The position numbers and the translations under genes are program-made. A stretch of 64,000 nucleotides of DNA from Takakia lepidozioides (Eukaryota; Plantae; Bryophyta): positions 95,170,001-95,234,000 of the forward strand of contig CM060731.1 in the NCBI GenBank assembly GCA_030704615.1. The letters run 5' to 3'. A model generated the notes under the pieces. It worked only from the letters and a program-made list of their open reading frames with translations. It was not told the origin of the DNA and searched no databases. Shown piece after piece: positions 36,301-46,400 of this stretch (positions are counted from its first letter, which is position 1; each line of letters opens with the position of its first letter).

Positions 36301-36729
36301 GCTTTCCAGGTTGTACATGGACTCATTTATACCAAGACCAAGGAGATAGCAAGTATTGTCATGGGGTGCGGGTTATACTACGCTGCTTGTTTTCTGGTAC
36401 GTTACCACATTGAGCAACAAAAGATGCAAACACGCTTTCTGAGTTATTCCAGTGGAGATCATTGGGTATTACCTTCGGTGCCACCTCATATGTACCTATA
36501 TGACCCAAAAGTTATGATGCAAAAGGATTCTCAAATTCGTTCATGGTTTCAAGCGGCCTGCAACCATTTGTCAACACAGAAATTCGGCATTGATGACATT
36601 TTCTATAAGGGACATGTGGCATGGAAGTACTTGCACGCTGCACCAGTAATTGGTACCCACTCACCTGGACAGACAAGGAGCTCAGTGTCTACACCAATTT
36701 TGCTGTTCAGCGGTTACACCAAGTTGTAA
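33322..36729 (+). CDS. Additional sense ORF of the gypsy element (about 1135 aa; Athila/Tat extra-ORF-like N-terminal domain plus long coiled coil)
   Basis: Open frame 32875-36729. Protein conservation with the second copy begins at Met 33322 (MEELTDYTL vs MADITDYTL at 63171). A Gln/Glu-rich heptad region lies at ~34900-35850. Confidence 0.8.
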   Translation: MEELTDYTLAILLTQWHRHERTERSFSLERCLQAPQAYKKLPIAFCDNHTFMLCALQAFLQLLQPKQFCESKMKRVRGMEEIRVKSTTILQKQTIATPQAIQILEELRLQGLQSLDWTLHHRQYMLQFLQNFEPRTGTTTVKGVELMITPLYLQQLFRLPAGQVHVEQHRARLQIEDLFQEGSFFKTQGYACTKAVYPGLKEVGQVLNVLIAMKQNQQYLSRSFTEEILKGLKGREVQWADIMYNALVEEMKRLQGTTAKSPIIVSGPIIAQIILDSGILNAQERKEMGVFEPATTAMEEQGSSHSEGGLAGQPETKRQRRGKTVVANPLASRIPHDNVSQAHGQEGAQQHREMLLLEAGPSEREEEVTSASQPSQPLERLVTRSQVIHAAQPEIIDLESEGLDIPTTEQIVAEIEKGDLLYEYSGLVKETEIPEVQQLPKGNPEVHIIHTPVSEVPQAEGHDTVAPVIDEVVQEENPVGQWPEWLVRHHTVEDQEEQQQPHHDDPQQAMLMSSIGRTLNLLGTYVKSHVPITQLTALKEELRKEFEARLATECANKVDEEVTLKMKQDLGNTEMALQLAKEQLIEAGLAQDQLHEAHKQQLYQMQVQHESKLQELNALHTELQTVHNRMAIQCATFTTMLDQSTKEINSQAEKCTKAEEENVEQMKLIVDMKNTICRNEDTFKQYRQIEADQEKHIVELQQTIMANRNEIAVNNKAWKEANNLLAAYAQLVEPQAKRMEALQQQLELYKLREEQTLRGTTSNLVDNSLMQVWLAQGPVEGKAPRKLTQSEMNELRLQVQNIATTTIDNVYSRIAELQEDVDGLQTQVEDLTSNIDQRVYIPQEQLMASYLQARTLAFQSSQEVQEMPMIQEPVPPPPQQVTVPVAEPVVTTTTPQPPQQEVWGNAAFNPPKTPAAREYSRAMIMPFNQIPIMLDLAWKEFSPPQSFAHYYQIMRIWLPVATRTKVLPNNRHIEDHHFAQYWHEAGTMLRELIAFQVVHGLIYTKTKEIASIVMGCGLYYAACFLVRYHIEQQKMQTRFLSYSSGDHWVLPSVPPHMYLYDPKVMMQKDSQIRSWFQAACNHLSTQKFGIDDIFYKGHVAWKYLHAAPVIGTHSPGQTRSSVSTPILLFSGYTKL

Positions 36730-37126
36730 AATACAAACTTCCAGACATGGTAGGACAGCATTGTATGCCCCAGATGATTCCACAAAAAGTTCGAAAATTA
36801 AAACCTGAGAGGACGATGAGGATTCTGATACAACTGTTTCTTCACCGAATTCTTTTGACATGGGAGAAGACTATGCAGTTCAGATGGCAGAGAAGAAGCG
36901 AAGGGGATCTCCTATGCCGGAAAGGTTACCTCGATATCAGCCTCCAGAGGGCCTCACTTATCCAGGTATATGATCAACCATCTCCGTCAACCAGAGACAG
37001 ACCTCGGGCTCGTACACACAGTCCGCCACGAAACTCTCAACGTCAAGAAGGTGCTCACTCACAAAGGTTTGCTAGTCGAAATCAGTAAACCGTGAGGACA
37101 CGGCTTTTTGAGGGGGGAAGGGGTAA

Positions 37127-38109
37127 TGTAGAGGACTGTCGGGGACTTAGACACTTATACGGGATCTGTAGGGTACCCTTAATTTTTGCACAGACTGAGA
37201 CCAACATGAGCCTTAGGGTGACAGCAGCGCACTGTAGAGGGCGGTTACACAGCCCGTCACAGTCGTCACAGCCAACACAGCCAACACAGCCCGTCACAGT
37301 CGTCACAGCCAACACAGCCAACACAGCCCGTCACAGTCGTCACAGCAGACACAGCCGACACAGCCGACACAGCTCGGCACAGCCACACAGCCAGTCACAG
37401 CCCGACACAGCCAAAACACAGTCGCACAGCCAGTCACAGCCCGTCACAGTTTCACACAGCCAGTCACAGCTTGACACAGCTGTCACGATCATAGGGAACG
37501 AAGAGTAGGACAGGGAACGACTGTGGGGAACAACACCTGCGAAGGAACATGTTAGTTCACAGACGACGGTTAGTGAGGGAAACGGTTAGAACCGCGGATA
37601 GGGAAGATAAAGGGAGAAACGGGGAATTGAGGGAGATCATTCGGAGGAGGACTTCTTGGTGATAGAGGAGAGGGGATCGGGCAGAGATGAAGAACGGAAG
37701 TGAAGATAGAGAGATGATGAATAGATGCTTGATATATGCAAGGCTGTAATGATATTGTAGAGGAGATTAGAGACACAATGGCTTCGGCCTGATACCTGAT
37801 AAATCATAATCGGATACTTTTACGATACAAACACACTGTGTAGAGAGATCTGAGTGAAGCTGTGGAATTGTGGATGAGTTGATGGAATCCAATAGATTGA
37901 TAAAGCAAACTGATACTTAATTATCAATGGTAAGATAGTTAACATGAATACCAAAAGGGAAACAAATAGGAAACACCCCCATGATACACTAGCTGTAGGT
38001 CATGACTGATTGTTCTGCGCGGGCTGAGTACTTAGAGATTTCCAACTCTTCAATCTTGGAGTTTCCGCCTCGAATAGCGAAGGGATGGGTGAGTAAAAGC
38101 CGCGCGACA
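37127..38109 (+). repeat. Probable 3' LTR (TG...CA); right boundary approximate
   Basis: Begins TGTAGAGG directly after the PPT and contains a cacagcc minisatellite. Candidate end ...cgcgcgaca at 38109. Confidence 0.6.
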
Positions 38110-38934
38110 CCTACTCCTTCACCTATCCATGCCTCTGCACAAATCATGCATACATCCTTGCTCTGCTGCTAGAAGCTGACAATGACAGCCTACATCTATT
38201 CTAGGAAACACCCACTCAACTTATCACTCTAGTTCTATGCCTCAATTGCATCTGCTACTCTTTGTAATCCAACAGGCATTCACTTTTTTGCTCGATTGTC
38301 CAACCGTTGACTGGGTCAGAAAATTATTCATTCCACAACTTCTCCTCATCTCTGTTACCTGTTTCTAGATACTAATCATGTTGTTACATTGGCAGTATCA
38401 TGTCAAAGTCACTCCAAACTATTTAAGTTTCACTCAACCAGCTAATTTGCAAATTTCAACATTTAAGGCCGATTCTGATCAGAGGGAAAAACAACGGTGA
38501 AACGTGTTGAAGAAGGTGCCTTCATGAGCAGTGCCTGATTTTATCAATCGTGCCGATGCTGCTGCGGCTTCCAGTTGACCATCTACCCATGCAGGTTTCT
38601 TGTAGTTATCCTTCCACAGGGAGTCATAGGTGATCTAAAGCTTGAAATCCGGCCCTCTTGGATGAATCAAAACCCACACTCCATCCCTGCTTCTTTAGCT
38701 ATCCACGCATCTGCACAAATCATGCATACATCCTTGCCTTGTTGCTAGCAACTGACAATGACAGCCTAGAATTCATGCAGCAAACACGACACCACATCTC
38801 GTTCAGCCATACTACCCAAACCCGGAATTAGGACAGCACTCTGATTCCATCCACTGTCACCAAAGTCAGTCCAATATCACCCCTTCAGTCAAGTGCAATT
38901 ATGGGCTTGACTTCCCACCTATGCTGGGTGGACC

Positions 38935-41900
38935 CCACTATTATTTCTCGTGGATATGCCAAAACCAATGGCCAGCTTCTCACTGTGGTGGCAAAGAGAA
39001 AATTCATTTTCCTCCTCCCCCGTATCATGCAATACAAAGCGCCTATCAGGCACATACCCCGCCTCCTTCATCTTCCCAACCAATCTTCTCAACTCGCATG
39101 GATTTCCTTAATTTTGGGATGCAACTTGTCGTCTACAACGGAGGTGTGCACCGTGTTGCCAACCTCAATGTAGCAGCGACCTGGCTCGTTTCTAACCCCT
39201 TTGACCTTCATCATTCTTCTCACCTTTGCAGTATCATCCCACCTGCCAGCTGCAGCATAGATGTTTGAGAGCAACACAAAAGTCGCGGCATCTTGTTCAG
39301 CCCACATGAGGGTAGATGCTGCTGCACGTTCAGCCATCTCCACATTGCCATGGATTCTGCAGGCACCAAGCAAGGCCTTCCACACCACAGCACCTGGATT
39401 TATGGGCATTTTATTAATCATGTCCACTACCTCATCCGGTTGTCCCTCATGTCCAAGAAGGTCCACCATGCAGCCAAAGTGCTTTACTATCGGAGTGACA
39501 CCATGATCTTGACTCAGGGAATCAAAGTAGCGTCTTCCTTCATTCAGTAGGCCAGCATGGCTGCATGCAGAGAGAACACATATAAAGGTGATATTGCTCG
39601 GCTTCAAGCCGTTCTTTTGCATTCCTTCAAATAGTTGCACGACCTCCCTATGACAACCATGCTGTGCATATCTTGCGATCATCGCATTCCACGACACCAC
39701 ATCTCGTTCAGCCATATTGTCGACACCACATCTCGTTCAGCCATATTGTCGAACACTCCCTTTGCATCCTCCATGCCCCCACATTGGCATACATGTCCAT
39801 CAGGGCAGTGTTCAGGATCACATCTGGTACACGGGCTCACTCACCCCGTCGCCCATCATTTGCTTCTAGGTCTCCAAAGCCTCCATCCCATGTCCTCCTG
39901 TGCATACCCTCAACATCGCACTCCACGACACCGCATCTCGCTCAGCCATAGTGTTGAACACTCCCTTTGCATCCTCGATGCACCCACATTTTGCAGTGGG
40001 TCTTGTTCAGAATGACATCTAGTACAATTCCAGCTCGGAAGATGTCGCCATGCACCTCTTTCCCCTTTTCCAGAGCTGCCAGGGCAGTGTTTAGATTGAT
40101 ATTTGGTACAATTCCAGCTTTGACGATATCCCCATGCACCTCTTTGCCCTTCTCCATGGCTGCCAAGGCTTGCACAAGCATTACGAATGCACACAAACAT
40201 GATGTGCTTCCCCCATCATTTGCTCATAGGTCTCCAAAAGCCTCCATCCCACTTCCCTGCTATGCATAACCTGCAAGCATCGCACTCCACGACAGCACAT
40301 CTCGTCCAGCCATAGTGTCAAACACTCCCTTTGCATCCTAGATGCACCCACATTTTGCAAACAAGTCCACCCGGGTACTATTGTTCAGAATGACATCTGG
40401 TACAATTCCAGCTCTGAAGATGTCGCCATGGACCTCTTTCCCTTTTTCCAGAGCTGCCAGGGCAGTGTTCAGAATGACATTTGGTACAATTCCAGCTTTG
40501 ACGATATCCCCATGCACCTCTTTGCCCTTCTCCAGGGCTGCCAGGCTTGCACAAGCATTCCAATGCACACAAACATGATGTGCTTCCCCCATCATTCGCT
40601 CGTAGGTCTCCAAACCCTCCATCCCACGTCCCTGTTGTGCATACCCTGCAAGCATTGCACTCCACGACACCACATCTGGTTCAGCCATAGTGTCGAACAC
40701 TCCCTTTGCATCCTAGATGCCCCCACATTTTGCAAACAAGTCCACCAGGGTATTGTTCATAATGACATCTGGTACAATTCCAGCTCTGAAGATGTCGCCA
40801 TGCACCTCTTTTCCTTTTTCCAGAGCTGCCAGGGCAGTGTTTAGAATGACATTTGGTACAATTCCAGCTTTGACGATATCCCCATGCACCTCTTTGCCCT
40901 TCTCTAGGGCTGCCAGGCTTGCACAACGCCACATCCTGTTCAGCCATAGTGTGGACCACTCCCTTTGCATCCTAGATGCACCCACATTTGCAAACATGTC
41001 CACTAGGGTATTGTTCGGAATGACATCTGGTACAATTAATGTCGCCATGCACCTCTTCCCCCTTTTCCAGAGCTGCCAAGGCAGTGTTTAGAATGACATT
41101 TGTGCACAAGCATTGCAAATGCACACAAACATTATCTGCTTCCCCCATCATTCGCTCATAGGTCTCCAAAGCCTCCATCCCACGTCCCTCTTGTGCATAC
41201 CCTGCAAGCATCGCACTCCACGACACCACATCTGGTTCAGCCATAGTGTCAAAAACTCCCTTTGCATCCTAGATGCACACCCACATTTTGCAAACATGTC
41301 CACCAGGGTATTGTTCAGAATGACATCAGGTACAATTCCAGCTCTGAAGATGTCGCCATGGACCTCTTTCCCTTTTTCCAGAGCTGCCATGGCAGTGTTT
41401 AGAATGACATTTGGTACAATTCCAGCTTTGACGATATCCCCATGTACCTCTTTGCCCTTCTCCAGGGCTGCCAGGCTTGCACAAGCATTGCAAATGCACA
41501 CAAACATGATGTGCTTCCCCCATCATTTGCTCATAGTCTCCAAAGCCTCCATCCCACGTCCCTCTTGTGCATACCCTACAAGCATCGCACTCCACGACAC
41601 CACATCTCGTTCAGCCACAATGTCGAACACTCCATGTGGCCTAGATGCACCCACATTTTTGCAAACAAGTCCACCAGGGTATTGTTCAGAATGACATCTG
41701 GTACAATTCCAGCTCTGAAGATGTCGCCATGCACCTCTTTTCGTTTTTCCAGAGCTGCCAGGGTAGTGTTTAGAATGACATTGGTACAATTCCAACTTTG
41801 ATGATATCCCCATGCACCTCTTGCCCTTCTCCAAGGCTGCCAGGCTTGCACAAGCATTGCAAATGCACACAAACATGATGTGCTTCCCCCATCATTTGCT

Positions 41901-43250
41901 CATAGGTCTCCAAAGCCTCCATCCCACGTCCCTCCTGTGCATACACTGCAAGCATCGCACTCCATGACACCACATCTGGTTCAGCCATAGTGTCGAACAC
42001 TCCCTTTGCATCCCTAGAGCACCCACATTTTGCAAACATGTCCCCAGGGTATTGTTCATAATGACATCTTGTACAATGTCGCCATGGACCTCTTTGCCCT
42101 TTTCCAGAGCTGCTAGGGCAGTGTTTAGAATGACATTTGGTACAATTCCAGCTTTGACGATATCCCCATGCACCTCTTTGCCCTTCTCTTAGGCGGCCAG
42201 GCTTGCACGACGCCACATCATCCTGTTCAGCCATAGTGTCGAACACTCCCTTTGCATCCTAGATGCACCCACTTTTGCAAAAACAAGTCCACCAGGGTAT
42301 TGTTCAGAATGAAATCTGGTACAATTCCAGCTCTGAAGATGTCGCCATGCATCTCTTTTCCTTTTTCCAGAGCTGCCAGGGTGTGGTTTTTAGAATGACA
42401 TTTGGTACAATTCCAACTTTGATGATATCCCCATGCCCTCTTTGCCCTTCTTCCAGGGCTGCCGAGGCTTGCACAAGCATGCAAATGCACACAAACATGA
42501 TGTGCTTCCCCCATCATTGCTCATAGGTCTCCAAAGCCTCCATCCCTCCCACGTCCTCCTGTGCATACACTGCAAGCATCGCACCCATGACACCACATCT
42601 GGTTCAGCCATAGTGTCGAACACTCCCCTTGCATCCTAGATGCACCCACATTTTGCAAACATGTCCACCAGGGTATTGTTCAGAATGAAATCTGGTACAA
42701 TGTCGCCATGGACCTCTTTGCCCTTTTCCAGAGCTGCCAGGGCAGGTGTTTTTAGATGACATTTGGTACAATTCCAACTTTGACGATATCCCCATGCACC
42801 TCTTTGCCCTGCTCTTAGGCTGCCAGGCTTGCACGACGCCACATCCTGTTCAGCCATAGTGTTGAACACTCCCTTTGCATCCTAGATGCATCCACATTTT
42901 GCAAACCATGTCCACTAGGTATTGTTCGGAATGACATCTTACAATTCCAGCTCTGAAGATGTCGCCATGCACCTCTTCCCCCTTTTCCAGAGCTGCCAGG
43001 GCAGTGTTTAGAATGACATTTGGTACAATTCCAGCTTTGATGATATCCCCATACACCTCTTTGCCCTTCTCCAGGGCTACCAGGCTTGCACAAGCATTGC
43101 AAATGCACACAAACATGATGTGCTTCCCCCATCATTCGCTCATAGGTCTCCAAAGCCTCATCCACGTCCCTCTTGTGCATACCCTACAAGCATCGCACTC
43201 CACGACACCACATCTGGTTCAGCCATAGGGTCGAACACTCCCTTTGGACT
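38935..43250 (-). pseudogene. PLS-class PPR gene with E domain and truncated DYW domain; internal motifs tandemly amplified and frameshifted
   Basis: Motifs DVVSWNAMI..YAQHG, TFICVLSACSHAGL, CMVDLLG, VWKALLGACRIHG and FVLLSNIYAAAGRW. The shifted frame gives KMKEAGYVPD...LCHHSEKLAIGFGI (38950-39080) and lacks the later CxxC. About 11 near-identical 250-370-bp units lie upstream. Confidence 0.9.
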
Positions 43251-43439
43251 CCATAACTGATGTTGGCCTTTCCAAATCAAAAAAAGACCATGTAGACCTC
43301 ATTCATGGCAAACTCATCCCAAGAGGGCATGGATTTAAGGTATCGTCAACGGACACCTTAATTCCATCTCTCAAATAGCAATCAAACAAGAAAATGGCAC
43401 AACACAGAACAACACAAGACTACATTGAAATTGAAATTG

Positions 43440-46400
43440 TGATACTACCCTCGAACACTTTCCTATCATCTATAACTCGATATTATCCTCCCCACAACCC
43501 CACACTACATATCTCTCGACCCTACCCCCAAGCAAATCTTACATTTTCCACCGCTCGACTCTATTATACAACACTCTTCGGCCCTCCCCCACTCCAACCC
43601 CCCCGCTTCAGCACGCCCTGATTGACCTCCACATACACGCTTCGCCCACTAGTTCTACCTCCCCAACCCCCAATCCCTCTATCCACACAATCTGGCCACA
43701 CCCCTCTCACCCCCACTTTCCCAACACCCCTTACCTAGTTCACCCCTCTCTCTAGCCATTCATCCACATGGTACCCGCCATTTCTACCCCCTAAAATCCA
43801 GACATTACTACCATCATCCTCCCTCAACCGACACCGCTTACATAGACACCTGTATTGACCTCATCCTCCTCAGATGTGGTGACATACACCCAAATCCAGG
43901 ACCCTTTTCTATAGATAATATCATTTGTCAACTATCCTCTGCCTCACAAGATAGATATGCTTTATATTTCCAACAAAACACCACTTCCCTCACACACCCA
44001 TACCGACATCTCTCTGACCACTGCACCCCTTTCCTCCCCAAACCTCAACCCCCCAACCCCACACATCAGAATCCCCCTACACACCAAATCGCCACCTTTG
44101 GCCTCCCTGCCTGCCATCGCCCAACTCTCACCCGTGCCACACACAGACTCAAAGGTGTTTCCCACCCAACACATCCTCTTTGCCCTCATCATTCTTATTT
44201 TCCCCGCTACCAGACACATGTGATATCTACTTTGAATCTCACTCCCTTTCCCAGACCCGTTCTCCTGTACGCAACATACAACATAATTTGCCCCCGCTCC
44301 CCACAACTACCTAGCCCTCCACACACCTCTCTGAATTACAACTCCTCGCTTCAACTCCTACAATCCAACCCCGGTGGTCCATACAATCCTAGGCGACCAT
44401 CTTGCCTCACTTACCTCCCCGACTCAAGACCTGCCAGCCCTCTCTAATAAGTTCCCATTTTTATCCCACGACATCCTCGCTGCCACCCTAAAGGCAATAA
44501 CCCCCCTCCCTGGATTCAAGGCTCCCCCCATGCCTCCACCCACCCCACCCCTCCCACCCCCGTCTACTCACTTAAATGCACCTACACCCCCCTCTCCCGA
44601 CCCCTCCTCCTCCGCCTACAATCTAAGTACAACTCCCCACCCTAAAGGCAATAACCCCCCTCCCTGGATCATGGCTCCCCCCATGCCTCCACCCACCCAA
44701 CCCCTCCCACCCCCGTCTACTCACTTAAATGCACCTACACCCCCTCTCCCCGACCCTCCTCCTCCGCCTACAATCTAAGTACCAATCCCACCCTAAAGGC
44801 AATAACCCCCCTCCCTGGATCATGGCTCCCCCCATGCCTCCACCCACCCAACCCCCCCCACCCCCGTCTACTCACTTAAATGCACCTACACCCCCCTCTC
44901 CCGACCCCTCCTCCTCCGCCTACAATCTAAGTACCAACTCCCTTAACATCATCACCTGGAACGTCAGCTCTATGGCCACTAGTATACAGAGTCTCATACA
45001 CCTTCTCACAAACTCCTTCTCCCCACACATTATTCTACTACAAGAAACTAAACTACACACCAACCGCCCAGCTAACAGCTCATACATAAACAAGCTACTC
45101 CCGACATACTACTTCCTGTATGGCAACCCTTTGTCGGCTCCGCAATGCCTTAGGCGGCGCTCGGCCCCACACAGCCCCACCCGGGGTGGCGTTGCCATTG
45201 GCATCCTACGTACCCATCACTCTCCCAGCACCACTACCAAGGTGAACGTCCCCATCCCTCTTCGCTCCCATCTCCAAATTATCCAACTTTATTTGCCTGC
45301 TCTTAACCCAATTACCATCATTCACCTATACATGCCCTCCTACATTGATGACCTCCAACTAATCCCAGATATTATGCTTACAATTTCCAATATGATTACC
45401 CACCCTGATCAGCAGCATCACCACTACATTCTCGCTGGTGACTTCAACAGAGATATTGCCCTCTTTGGACACTCCTATAAAGGTTCTCACCAACCCCATC
45501 CCCTTCCGATCATGATTGGGCCAAGTTCACTCAACAGCACCACTTTAGCTACATACCCGCAGATCACCACTACTCCAGGCAAGGTGGTCTCCAGTACTCC
45601 TCCCTCAGCCTCCTTGATGGTTTCTATCTCAAAACCAGCACCGAGATCCCATCCTAACTTCGCAGCCATATTCACATTGACAGCATTTGTAACTCCGACC
45701 ATTACTCAGTATCAATCTCTCTTCCCCCTTCCCTTGTTCCCTTCCGCCCCCTCCCTTCCATCCTTACCCCCCCTCCCCAACCCAGGATCTTTTGTCCATT
45801 ACCCAAACATAACATCACAGCCTTCCAAAACCACTTCCAACCTACTGCCTCTATCCTAACACAAAACCTTTCCCATATCCTCTCAGATACGAACCTCTCA
45901 CAGGAACCCGATAATACCTGGCTTGAAGCAGAGCTCACCCTCTCTTCCATCTTACTAGAAATGACCAAAAGCGTTCTCGCCACGTGTGCCGCTCCCCCAG
46001 ACCTGCCCCAAACCTCCCGCTCTAAACATAACGGGGGATATCTTACCCGTTCACAAAAGCGGGCCTGGACCTCCCACCTAAACACCTATCACACTATCCG
46101 TTGAGCTCTCACCATTATTCCTAACTCTTCCACCTTCCCACTACACAGATACTGGCGCTCCAATCCCCGTATCTTATGCCTAAACTCCATGTCTGTCTGT
46201 AGCCCGATCATGCCCCCTCCCAACGACCCCTCCAATCTCCCTAGCTGGATTGCTGCCCTCTACAAGCTGGGAAGAGACGCTAAAAAAACCGCCTACATTA
46301 TCACTAAACAAAAAGCCACGGCTGATCACAAAAGATTTGTTTCATCCTTTGGCCAATTACTACATGACCACCCCAAAAAAGCCCATAAAGCTATTTTCAA

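Larger units (their letters stand above)
31123..38109 (+). mobile_element. 3' portion of a non-chromovirus Ty3/gypsy LTR retrotransposon (integrase, extra ORF, PPT, 3' LTR)
   Basis: Integrase motifs, PPT gaggggggaaggggtaa at 37110-37126 followed by TG, and homologous copies at 60889-64000 and 59650-60525. Confidence 0.9.
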
